Source: Thiotrichales bacterium (GTDB taxonomy: Bacteria > Pseudomonadota > Gammaproteobacteria > Francisellales > CACEW01). Taken from it: DNA of 64,000 nt. Shown here piece after piece: positions 9,363 through 17,938 of this stretch. The position numbers were made by a program, and so were the translations under genes. Each line of letters begins with the position of its first letter. The stretch's first letter is position 1. The notes below the pieces were generated by a model. It searched no databases, was not told where the DNA came from, and was given only the letters and a program-made list of their open reading frames with translations. The DNA is taken from assembly GCA_947476405.1 (NCBI GenBank), contig CANJQG010000003.1, positions 4 to 64,003 of the forward strand, given 5' to 3'.

Positions 9363-9409
9363 GTAGTGTCAGACCGGAAGCTTGGATGCTACCTTCAATG
9401 CTTATTCTC

Positions 9410-9712
9410 TCAAGCAAGGCCAGAAAGTCCACGCCGTTCAACAATATTTAAAAGACGCAAAATAGCACCTTGAGCCTTGCGCTGCCCCAACTCCAAGCTT
9501 TTAATCATCGCAGGGCTAATGTTGAGATATTTAGCAAACGCAGCCTGACTTAAATGCTGATCTCTCCTCAGCACTTGGATCTCTTGACCTGTGTATTCGT
9601 TTAGCTCAGGCAATGACTTTTCAGTTAAGTCACGCAGGGTAATAGTATCAATCATCTCAGCTTGATATAGATCATGAGCCAAGTCGTTAATTGTTTCTCT
9701 CAAATTAGACAT
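9410..9712 (-). CDS. XRE-family HTH antitoxin (HigA/YiaG-like)
   Basis: C-terminal HTH (LSQAAFAKYLNISPAMIKSLELGQRK). Overlaps the upstream toxin gene by 8 nt. Confidence 0.7.
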   Translation of the reverse strand: MSNLRETINDLAHDLYQAEMIDTITLRDLTEKSLPELNEYTGQEIQVLRRDQHLSQAAFAKYLNISPAMIKSLELGQRKAQGAILRLLNIVERRGLSGLA

Positions 9713-10103
9713 TTATTATCTCCTCCAAACCACCATTTTTAACCAACCTTGCTAATTGCGCTTCAGTTGCATTGAGTAGGATATTCGCAAGTTTTTTTAA
9801 ATCTACAAGCTCTGAATGCGAAATATTTCCCTTTTCATTTTTGCTATACAAGTGCAACCAAATCAGCATCTTCTCCTTTTTAAAAGCTAAAATACTTCGA
9901 CTCCCACCACTCTTGCCCGCTCCAGATTTTGAAGCCAGCCTGAGTTTATATAAACCAGCGCCCAGTGAATATTGCTGACGTGCACTTTCAGGAGCATCTA
10001 CAAACTCTGTTGCGATATTCGTGAGCATTGAATCTGAAACATCGTTTTTCTTTGCTTCACCAGCAAAACGCTTCACTTTGTAGTATTTCACACCCGCCCT
10101 CAC
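9705..10103 (-). CDS. RelE/ParE-superfamily-like toxin (COG4737-type)
   Basis: About 130 aa with YKVKRFAGEAKKNDVSD and GGSRSILAFKKEKMLIWLHLYSKNEKGNIS, typical of toxins paired with YiaG-like antitoxins. The real start may be the GTG at 10091. Confidence 0.6.
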   Translation of the reverse strand: MRAGVKYYKVKRFAGEAKKNDVSDSMLTNIATEFVDAPESARQQYSLGAGLYKLRLASKSGAGKSGGSRSILAFKKEKMLIWLHLYSKNEKGNISHSELVDLKKLANILLNATEAQLARLVKNGGLEEIINV

Positions 10104-10108
10104 AATTA

Positions 10109-10138
10109 GGATACTATGTATTATAATTCATTGTATCC
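10109..10138. promoter_or_regulatory. Inverted repeat GGATAC-N18-GTATCC spanning a TATAAT, candidate toxin-antitoxin operator/promoter
   Basis: Perfect 6-bp arms, located directly upstream of the toxin start. Confidence 0.4.
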
Positions 10139-10186
10139 CAAAATACAATAGGCTTGTTTTTACAGATTGCCTGAGCCGGCCAAAAC

Positions 10187-10203
10187 CCGCGCCCACTTGT
10201 GAT
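10187..10203. repeat. 17-bp direct repeat CCGCGCCCACTTGTGAT, left copy of target-site duplication
   Basis: Identical to 11713-11729 and abuts the IS terminus. Confidence 0.8.
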
Positions 10204-11712
10204 GTCAACCCAAAGTAGAAATGTTACACATTTACCAAAGTAGAGATGTTACACCTGGATAAATTTTAATATTACATAAAATGCACTTATCCATAGATTT
10301 CAGAGAGCAGACGACGGTCAGGAGTCAGGCTGCTCTGTGGAAGCTGTGGATAAGTGCTCATTTTTGACCAAATCTAGCTTGCAAGGCCGCTGTACCATGG
10401 GTGGTCTGACTTTGGTTTTCTGCCGATTGTGCGTTTATCAAAATGTGCATTAATATCCTTGCCAGAAACGGCCTGCTTGGGTCTGTTGTTTTTATCAAAA
10501 GTTTTGTAGGGCTGGGGCTTGTTTTTGTAGAGCAAAACCACCTGACTGGGTGACTCACAGACTGTGACATAAGCGCCGCGCATGCTGTATCCAGGGGCTT
10601 TTGTCAGAATTTGATAAATCACATTGTTATAACTGATCTCCAGATTTTTTGAGAGCTTGCGCTGAGCCTGTACAGAGAAGATATGATCTAACTCTGCAGG
10701 CTTGGGAATCGCTTGACGGTGAGCATCAATAGGGCTTGAAGCCTCTACTGCAAACCGACGGTTATGCTTTTTGATGTATCCTGGCAGCCATGAGTTTGCG
10801 GCTTCCATATCATTGAGCCCCGCCAGGCGCATTTCCTTGATCAGCCTGTCCTGGAACGTCAGATTAGCGCGCTCCACACGGCCTTTGGCCGGAGCGCTAT
10901 GGGCTGGGATCAGCTCAATATCAAGGGTTCTCGCCGCCCGGCCAAGCTGGGTCTCTCCCGTACCGCTCGCGGCCTCTTTGGTATTAATGTGGAAGATAGC
11001 GTGCTTGTCAGCATAAAAGGCCAGTGGACGGCCACAGCGCTCGATGTACTCACGAATCAAATCGAAGTAGCCTTGCAGGCATTCATTCTCAACAAATCGC
11101 AGGCCCATAATCTCGCTGGTTGCATCATCGATGAGTACCAGCAAGCAGCAAGATCCTCGACGCCCCTCAAACCAGTCATGGGGGCTGCCATCGAGTTGGA
11201 TCAATTCGCCACGTGCTGGGCGTCTTGTTCGCATCTGGTGAACCTTCGCATGTTTACGCGTTTTGCCCTTCCAGATGCCTGCGTCTATCATGATTTGGCG
11301 CACTGTTTCGTCAGACAGTTTAAATTCGTGCTCTTCAGTCAGCTTCTCATGCGCAAATCCAGGTTTGAAGTCAGAGTACCTCTCGCGAATCACTTTAATC
11401 ACAGCCTCACGCACTGGGTCGGGGATGCGATTATTGCTGGGCTGGCCGCGCCTTTTTGAAATGAGGCCTTCATCGCCTTCTTTGCAAAACTTTTGATATA
11501 AACGATCCACATGTTGCCTCGTTATACCCAGTCTTTTTGCTGCTTCAACCTTGGTGATTCGTTTTGAGCGCACCTGTTCCAAAACCTTCCCTCGATCTAA
11601 TTCTTTGATGCTCATTGTGATTAACCTCTCCACTCGTTACTTCCCGTTTTTTTATGATCAGGTGTAACATTTTAACTTTGGTGAGGTGTAACATTACAAC
11701 TTTGGCGCTACA
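10204..11712 (-). mobile_element. ISNCY / IS1202-group insertion sequence, apparently intact
   Basis: Single transposase ORF. The roughly 55-bp terminal inverted repeats each contain two copies of CCAAAGTnnnnATGTTACAC (10209-10256 and inverted at 11657-11706). Bounded by a perfect 17-bp direct repeat. Confidence 0.8.
10374..11615 (-). CDS. ISNCY-family (IS1202-like) DDE transposase
   Basis: MSIKELDRGKVLEQVRSKRITKVEAAKRLGITRQHVDRLYQKF HTH N-terminus and an integrase-like core. ATG at 11615 with GAGAGG upstream; the track start at 11633 is a GTG. Confidence 0.8.
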   Translation of the reverse strand: MSIKELDRGKVLEQVRSKRITKVEAAKRLGITRQHVDRLYQKFCKEGDEGLISKRRGQPSNNRIPDPVREAVIKVIRERYSDFKPGFAHEKLTEEHEFKLSDETVRQIMIDAGIWKGKTRKHAKVHQMRTRRPARGELIQLDGSPHDWFEGRRGSCCLLVLIDDATSEIMGLRFVENECLQGYFDLIREYIERCGRPLAFYADKHAIFHINTKEAASGTGETQLGRAARTLDIELIPAHSAPAKGRVERANLTFQDRLIKEMRLAGLNDMEAANSWLPGYIKKHNRRFAVEASSPIDAHRQAIPKPAELDHIFSVQAQRKLSKNLEISYNNVIYQILTKAPGYSMRGAYVTVCESPSQVVLLYKNKPQPYKTFDKNNRPKQAVSGKDINAHFDKRTIGRKPKSDHPWYSGLAS

Positions 11713-11729
11713 CCGCGCCCACTTGTGAT
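11713..11729. repeat. 17-bp direct repeat CCGCGCCCACTTGTGAT, right copy of target-site duplication
   Basis: Identical to 10187-10203. Confidence 0.8.
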
Positions 11730-11972
11730 TGCCATAATTGCATAGAGGTGTTATGCTTGCAGGCGTCCTTAATGCACAAAATACAAGAACAATTAAAATA
11801 GAAAAGAAAAAAACGAACTTTCCATTTCAAAGTCTGGGACACTACAGGGACACTGCCAGGTCAAAACAGACCAAAAAGCACAAAAACCAACAACAAGACC
11901 CCCTCCGATAAGAAGCTGTATTTTCTATTGCATTTGTTTGTAGAGTGTTGTAAAATGTAGTTCTTGTAGTGA

Positions 11973-12027
11973 CTCAAAATCCGGTGCCAGCGATGGCGTG
12001 AGAGTTCGATTCTCTCTCCCGGCACCA
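11973..12027 (+). tRNA. 3-prime fragment of a class II tRNA-Leu(CAA)-like gene (anticodon loop to CCA); 5-prime half absent
   Basis: The sequence reads CTCAAAA (loop, anticodon CAA after U33), TCCGG, a long variable arm, the T arm GAGAG-TTCGATT-CTCTC, the acceptor strand TCCCGGC, discriminator A and CCA. No GCCGGGA acceptor partner, D arm or CCGGA stem partner occurs upstream. Confidence 0.65.
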
Positions 12028-12131
12028 TTGAGTAGTTTTTAGAAGTCCTCAAACGTTCATAATCACAATAAAATCAACAGATTAATAGATTCTGCAGTTC
12101 GCAAGAGTCCGCCCTAGTTCACCCAAATCCA

Positions 12132-12160
12132 TTGCTTGTGTGCATAACTTAGTGTATAAT
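12132..12160 (+). promoter_or_regulatory. Sigma70-like promoter for the integrase gene
   Basis: TTGCTT, a 17-nt spacer, then TATAAT. The 10-mer TGTGCATAAC occurs on both sides of the -10 element (12139-12148 and 12164-12173). Confidence 0.45.
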
Positions 12161-12196
12161 TTTGTGCATAACGAATCTGACTTAACTGGGTTTATT

Positions 12197-13414
12197 ATGG
12201 CCATCAATAAATTATCGACTAAGTTTTGTGACTTCGCCCCCGCAGGTATGCATTTTGATGGGGAAGGTCTGTGTTTACTGGTAAAACCAAATGGCAAACG
12301 TTATTGGCAGTTTTTTACCAGAATGAATGGCAAGAAAAAAGTGATCTCCCTTGGGCCCTACCCCAAAACATCACTCGAAAAAGCACGTAAAGCCCATAAA
12401 GAGGCACAAGAATTATTAGACCAAGGCATTGACCCCACTCAAAATAAAAAAGAGAAAAAAGAGGCACAATTACAAAAAAACCATGAGACTGCCCAGACTG
12501 AAGGTATCACGTTCGAGCAAGTTGCAAGAAAATTGCGCATCAGCAAAGAAGGCAAAACCACAGATGAACATCGTGATCGTATGTTGCGCCAACTCGAAAT
12601 TCACGTTTTTCCACATATCGGACATAAACATATCGCAGAAATTGGGGGCGCAGAGCTATTAGAACTCTTTCAAGGCGTATCCAAGAAAACCAATCATGGC
12701 CGCCCCATGACTTACATGGCGCTAAGATTATGCCAATGGTGTGGCGAAGTATTCGACTTTGCCCATGTGCTGGATCAAAAAATTTTAAACAACCCCTGTC
12801 ATGTTGTACTCAAACACCTCCCCAAACATACCGAACAACACATGGCCCGTATTTGTGCAGAACAACTCCCTGGCTTTGTACGAGACCTACTAAAATACAA
12901 AGGCCACCCTCTGACCAAAGCTGCATTGTGGACTATGCTTTATACCGGAATGCGCACAGTGAGTGTGCGACGCGCTTTGCTTGGAGACATACTGCTAGAA
13001 AAAGGCATTTGGAATCGTCGTCCTGAAAAATTAGATAAAAACATATTGGTTGTTCCTCTGCCCCGCCAGGCCATTAAAGTAATCCGCGATATTCTACCGC
13101 TCACTGGCGGTCGCCCAGAAGATCTAGCATTCCCAAGCATCCGAACTCCTTTTCACCCCATGAGTGAAGCAGCTATCTGCCAGGCAATTAAGCGGATAGG
13201 TTATGATATGGTTGGGCATGGTCTGCGTGGACTTGTCAGCACCTGCTTAAACGATATGAAATTTGCCCCACATTTAGTAGAAGCACAGCTTGGGCATAAA
13301 AAAGATAAAGTAGAAGCCGCTTATAACACCTCAACCTATCTCGATGAAAGACGAAAAATGATGCAAAAATGGGCCGATCACTTGGATACATTAATCAAAA
13401 AGGCAGCTCAATAA
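12197..13414 (+). CDS. int: P4-type tyrosine integrase (DUF4102 N-terminal domain + phage integrase core)
   Basis: N-terminus MAINKLSTKFCDFAPAGMHFDGEGLCLLVKPNGKRYWQF is DUF4102-like. The C-terminal catalytic region contains HGLRG and LGH. The start at 12197 is inferred; the track ORF begins at 12140. Confidence 0.85.
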   Translation: MAINKLSTKFCDFAPAGMHFDGEGLCLLVKPNGKRYWQFFTRMNGKKKVISLGPYPKTSLEKARKAHKEAQELLDQGIDPTQNKKEKKEAQLQKNHETAQTEGITFEQVARKLRISKEGKTTDEHRDRMLRQLEIHVFPHIGHKHIAEIGGAELLELFQGVSKKTNHGRPMTYMALRLCQWCGEVFDFAHVLDQKILNNPCHVVLKHLPKHTEQHMARICAEQLPGFVRDLLKYKGHPLTKAALWTMLYTGMRTVSVRRALLGDILLEKGIWNRRPEKLDKNILVVPLPRQAIKVIRDILPLTGGRPEDLAFPSIRTPFHPMSEAAICQAIKRIGYDMVGHGLRGLVSTCLNDMKFAPHLVEAQLGHKKDKVEAAYNTSTYLDERRKMMQKWADHLDTLIKKAAQ

Positions 13415-13415
13415 T

Positions 13416-13616
13416 TTAAGCTGCCTTTTGAGGGGATCTGGCTTCAGATATTTTAGTCTGCATCCAGGCGTCGATTTCACTCTCAAGCCAAACTACACAT
13501 TTTATTGAAATCAAGACGTTTTTTGGAAACTCATCCGATTTCATCATGTCATAAATTTTGGTTTTGCTTAAGCTACACCGCCGCTGCACCTCTTTTAGTT
13601 TTATAAAAGATTCCAT
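13416..13616 (-). CDS. alpA: AlpA-family transcriptional regulator / excisionase-like protein
   Basis: 66 aa. LKEVQRRCSLSKTKIYDMMKSDEFPKNVLISIKCVVWLESEIDAWM is typical of the AlpA/Phage_AlpA HTH. Confidence 0.8.
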   Translation of the reverse strand: MESFIKLKEVQRRCSLSKTKIYDMMKSDEFPKNVLISIKCVVWLESEIDAWMQTKISEARSPQKAA

Positions 13617-13973
13617 TTTCGTTCCTTCAATTCATTTAACAGAAGAATTCCAATACAAGGATTAGAAATGCTTTGCGTATAGCAAAGCTTTGGAAGCCCC
13701 TATTCTGAACGATCCGCCACTGGACTGAAGGGTTAGAGATGGCTTGGCAGGTTTAAGGCAAGAATACTGCTTGATGAGCTTTTCCAGACTTAATGGATCG
13801 AATTGTACACTTTATCGATAATAAAGTCAAATTCATCAAGTATTATTTTTTATATCTCACTGAAATATAAAGTTAAATTCATTAAAACACAAAAATTTAC
13901 ATATGAAATAAATTGACTGTGAGCATTTTTTTTGATACAATTATGCAAAATAAAAACAAAAAAAGGGTGCAAA

Positions 13974-14297
13974 ATGAAAAATTTTATGGACGATTCCGTG
14001 GCCAACTTCCCAATGCATGTCATGCCAGAGTTTATTCATATGCTTGATTCAGTTATTGAAAAATTAAGTGACATACTGGCCAACTTTGCAGAGAATTGGA
14101 AACGGCCTGAGTTTCAAAAAGAGGCGCCTTATTTAAGGGCAGAATTAGGTGATATTACTCAGTTTATTACACACTGGGAAATAGAATATCTCTCAACTCC
14201 CCAACAACAGACTAATCTTAAAGTTTTGCAGCAAAAATTTGAAGAGGCAAAAAAAGTAATCTCCAAAATGGAAGTAGCACTTCGAACTTATCACTAG
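13974..14297 (+). CDS. Hypothetical protein
   Basis: ORF only, with no recognisable motif. ATG at 13974 is preceded by AAAGGG. Confidence 0.4.
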   Translation: MKNFMDDSVANFPMHVMPEFIHMLDSVIEKLSDILANFAENWKRPEFQKEAPYLRAELGDITQFITHWEIEYLSTPQQQTNLKVLQQKFEEAKKVISKMEVALRTYH

Positions 14298-14368
14298 TAG
14301 TTTTTGCTCAGACTTTTCAATCAAATCAGCCTCAATTGACTCTGAATACTTCCAAAGAATTTGAAGAG

Positions 14369-14941
14369 TTACACTGACTTATAACGCCAACAGCTGACAG
14401 GGTGATCATTCACCATACCCACTGCCTGCATAAAAGCGTAGAGGATGGTCGAACCAACAAATTTCATCCCGCGTTTTTTTAAGTCTTTGGATAAGGCATC
14501 ACTTTCGGGGCTGGTGACAGGTGTTTCTTTAAAATTTTGCCAATGATTTTGAATCGGCACGCCATTCACGAAGCGCCACAAATAGACATCAAAGCTACCG
14601 AACTCCTTTTGAATCTGCAGAAACCCCTGTGCATTCTGACGCGCAGCAAAAATTTTCAAACGATTGCGAATAATGCTGGCATCCTCACACAGCTTCATGA
14701 GTTCTTGATCCGTCATCGCTGCAACCTTGGCTGGATCAAAATGATGAAATGCAGCACGATAAGCATCGCGCCGTTTTAAAATCGTCTCCCAACTTAATCC
14801 CGCCTGCGCCCCTTCCAAAATCAGCATTTCAAACAAATGTCGATCATCATGCACGGGAATGCCCCATTCCTCATCATGATATTGCGCATAGACCACCTGG
14901 CCTGGCTTATTCCCAAAACAACGCACTTTCATTTCCGACAT
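14369..14941 (-). CDS. tag: DNA-3-methyladenine glycosylase I
   Basis: RCFGNKPGQVVYAQYHDEEWGIPVHDDRHLFEMLILEGAQAGLSW is the canonical Tag N-terminus. The start is M at 14941 or 14932; the track start is 14968. Confidence 0.85.
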   Translation of the reverse strand: MSEMKVRCFGNKPGQVVYAQYHDEEWGIPVHDDRHLFEMLILEGAQAGLSWETILKRRDAYRAAFHHFDPAKVAAMTDQELMKLCEDASIIRNRLKIFAARQNAQGFLQIQKEFGSFDVYLWRFVNGVPIQNHWQNFKETPVTSPESDALSKDLKKRGMKFVGSTILYAFMQAVGMVNDHPVSCWRYKSV

Positions 14942-15052
14942 TTCACAGAGCTCCAATTCAATGCGCACAAAAAAATCAATGCCTGATTTTCGGCGGCAAA
15001 ATGGTTTAAATTCACTATAATGATCTTACCAAACTTCAGCGAGAATAAAATC

Positions 15053-16134
15053 ATGATCAGCGATTTAGAAAAGGCTGTCTTTTACAAAGCACTCTTAGCC
15101 AAAGACAGTGAGTATGACGGCGTGTTCTTTGTAGGGGTTAAAACCACGGGCGTATTCTGCCACCCCACTTGCCCTGCCCGCAAACCCAAATTGAGTAATT
15201 GCGAGTTTTTTCGCACGGCTGAAGAAGCACTTCTGGCTTCATTCCGCCCCTGTAAACGTTGCCGCCCTTTATCTCATCCAGGGCGCGTCTCACCACTGAT
15301 TGAAAAGCTGGTAGCCGCAGTAGAAGCTGAGCCCCAAAAACGCTGGAAGGAACAAGACTTTATCAATCTTGGCATTGATCTCTCTACCGCCAGACGACAA
15401 TTCAAAAAGCGCTTCGGCATGACTTTGATTGAATATGCCAGAGCCCGCCGCATGGGCCTCGCCATGAAGCATATTCGCACTGGAAAGTCAGTGATCGAGT
15501 CTCAACTTGAAGCAGGATATGAGTCTGATAGCGGCTTTCGTGATGCTTTCTCACGAATTATGGGGACAGTCCCGAGCAAAATAAAACATCAACTTGTTCT
15601 GAAAGCAACCTGGCTTGATAGGCCATTAGGCCCCATGATTGCCATTGGCAGTGAGACTGAATTATATCTGCTTGAATTTGTTGATCGCCGAGGCCTGGAA
15701 CGCGAAGTAGAACGCTTACGCAAAAGAACCAAAGCCGCTATTCTGCCAGGTGAAATCGCACCCATTCAATCAATCCGCCAGGAGCTTCAAGCTTATTTTG
15801 AAGGCAAGCTGACTCAATTCAAAACCCCACTGCATCTACTGTGGGCTCCCCTTTTCAACAACAAGTCTGGCTCGCCCTACAAACCATCCCTCACGGTCAA
15901 ACCTGCTCTTATCAGGAATTAGCCGTACAAATCGGCAGGCCTTCCAGTTGCCGCGCCGTGGCGAATGCGAATGGTGCCAATCAAATTGCCATTGTGATTC
16001 CTTGTCACCGGGTCATCAATACAGGAGGTGCATTGGGTGGATATGGCGGTGGAGTCTCTCGCAAGCAATGGCTACTCAGTCACGAAAAAAATGAGTATAA
16101 TCTCTCAATCGAATACACAAATGATCTGCCATGA
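15053..16134 (+). pseudogene. ada: Ada-type bifunctional regulator / methylated-DNA-protein-cysteine methyltransferase, split by a frameshift
   Basis: 15053-15922 encodes the Ada Zn-finger (FCHPTCPARKPK...CKRCRP), the AraC HTH and the MGMT N-terminal domain. 15841-16134, one frame over, encodes the MGMT C-terminal domain with PCHRV. The frames meet at about 15839-15843. Confidence 0.75.
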
Positions 16135-16796
16135 AAAAAATCTTCTGGGACAACCCCTATCAAACTCAACTTAATACCAAAGTCACCTCTGTTGATGGTA
16201 ATAGGATTCTGCTGGATAAAACCATCGCCTTTTCGTTTTGTGGTGGGCAGGAAAGTGATGCTGGTCTAATTGGCGGCTTTCCTATATTGGGTTCAGAGAT
16301 TGTCGATCATTTTATTTACTACACCCTCCCTGCTGACCACACTCTAAAAACAGGCGATCCCGTCTACATGGAAATTGACTGGAATCGTCGCTACAAATTG
16401 ATGCGCCTCCATTTTGCTGCAGAGCTGATTTTAGAAATCGTCACTCACAAGCTAAATTTGGAAAAAATCGGTGCCCATATCTCAGAGGAAAAATCGCGCA
16501 TTGATTTCTTTTACAACCAAAATATTTCAAGTGATTTTCCAGAAATCCTCGCCGAATACAACCAGATTATCGCGCGAGACCTCCCCATCAAAAAAGGCTA
16601 TACTGATGAGGAAACACAACGCCGCTATTGGGAAATAGAAGGCTTCTCCAAAGTCTCCTGCGGGGGCACACATGTGAAATCCACCGCTGAAGTCAGCCTC
16701 GTCAATCTGAAACGCGTCAATATCGGCGGTGGCAAAGAACGCATCGAAATTAAACTACAGGAGCCAGACCGTGCAAACCCTCCTCAAAATCCCTGA
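16131..16796 (+). CDS. AlaX-like alanyl-tRNA editing domain protein
   Basis: N-terminal [25 protein letters not shown] and CGGTHV zinc-binding motifs of the AlaRS editing / Thr-Ala SAD family. Its start overlaps the ada stop (ATGA). Confidence 0.7.
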   Translation: MKKIFWDNPYQTQLNTKVTSVDGNRILLDKTIAFSFCGGQESDAGLIGGFPILGSEIVDHFIYYTLPADHTLKTGDPVYMEIDWNRRYKLMRLHFAAELILEIVTHKLNLEKIGAHISEEKSRIDFFYNQNISSDFPEILAEYNQIIARDLPIKKGYTDEETQRRYWEIEGFSKVSCGGTHVKSTAEVSLVNLKRVNIGGGKERIEIKLQEPDRANPPQNP

Positions 16797-17160
16797 CACA
16801 TATCAGCACACATCGCCAGCAGGCGCAGAAGTACGCCTTTTGATGAACAATCATTTAGGCGGCATCGCTCATTGCACACTGAAAGCAGGCAAAATTACCC
16901 GCGCAGTTCAGCATAAAACCGTCAGCGAGCTTTGGCATGTCTTATCAGGCAAAGGCGCGATTTGGCGCAGTATTGATGGGCATGAAGAAATCACCCCTTT
17001 AGAAACAGGCGTCACCATTGATATTCCAGTCGGTGCGCAGTTTCAATATCGCAGTGAAGCGGCAGCTGATTTAGTTTTTTTATGCGTGACAATGCCGCCT
17101 TGGTCAGGTGCAGACGAAGCAAAAATTATTGATCAGGGTACAAAATGGAACCCAACTTGA
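16771..17160 (+). CDS. Cupin domain protein
   Basis: HKTVSELWHVLSGKGAIW ... IDIPVGAQFQY is a cupin beta-barrel pattern. GTG at 16771 follows GGAG. Confidence 0.55.
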   Translation: MQTLLKIPDTYQHTSPAGAEVRLLMNNHLGGIAHCTLKAGKITRAVQHKTVSELWHVLSGKGAIWRSIDGHEEITPLETGVTIDIPVGAQFQYRSEAAADLVFLCVTMPPWSGADEAKIIDQGTKWNPT

Positions 17161-17915
17161 TGGAACATATCAATCAAAACCACCCCTTGACCATTGTCTC
17201 TCAGCAAAAAATAAGCAACCATCATTTTCAGGGAGTGAACTTTACTGATCTCATAAAAGAAGGCATCGTTTTTGAAGGCTGCATTTTTGAAAACGTAAAC
17301 TTCGCATCAAGCCAATTCAGAGAGCTAGAGGCCTACAACTGTCAATTTCTGGGCTGTCGTTTTACTCATGCCCAATTCAATGAGGCATTGTTTGATAGCT
17401 GCATTTTTTACGATGGTAAAAAAGATCAAGGCACTGACTTTTCCTACGCTCAACTGAAATTCAGCAAATTCTTGAACTGTGATTTAAGTTAGGCTAAATT
17501 CAAACACGCCAACCTCTGTGGCATCCAAATCAAAAACTGCAAAGTGCTTGCTGCTGATTTTGAATATGCTCAATTTGCAAATCAAGTCAGCGCCAAAGTG
17601 AGTATCGCCCAGGCTGAAATCACAGAGTCTGTTCTACGTTTTAGCCGTTTTGTACGGGTTAATCTGGCTGGCTGTGATCTTTCCAGCAATGATTTCAGTG
17701 AAGCTGATTTTGCTCACTCCAATTTGTCTGAGGCTAATTTAACACATTGCTTGCTCGATAATGCCAGCTTTACCCATGGCTCTCTCGAGAGTGCCGAGCT
17801 TCAGGAATCGAGCATTATTAATCTCGATCTCGCAGGCTGTACGCTTAAGAATCTCAAGCTTTCTCCTGATCAGTGTATTGAATTTTTACGGCTGTTTGAG
17901 ATTGAGGTGGTTTGA
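17160..17915 (+). pseudogene. Pentapeptide-repeat protein (Qnr/McbG-like fold) interrupted by an in-frame TAG
   Basis: ORFs 17145-17492 and 17544-17915 are in the same frame. The pentapeptide periodicity continues through the TAG at 17490-17492 (…NCDLS * AKFKH ANLCG IQIKN CKVLA ADFEY…). Confidence 0.7.
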
Positions 17916-17938
17916 TGCCAAATCACTTTCATAAAGGC

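Noticed and set aside
10899-11459. 186-aa plus-strand ORF inside the IS transposase gene. Similar long antisense ORFs occur at 57579-58076 (in kdpB), 3557-4098, 8028-8366 and 63006-63290.
   Set aside because: They lie fully within well-supported genes on the opposite strand, have no motifs and show biased composition. These are typical shadow ORFs.
14286-14305. The 10-nt match AGTAGTTTTT shared with the sequence just downstream of the tRNA fragment (12033-12042), considered as a possible second att copy delimiting a mini-island.
   Set aside because: The match lies outside the tRNA-derived core, the adjacent bases do not align, and it falls inside the end of a coding region. It is probably chance.
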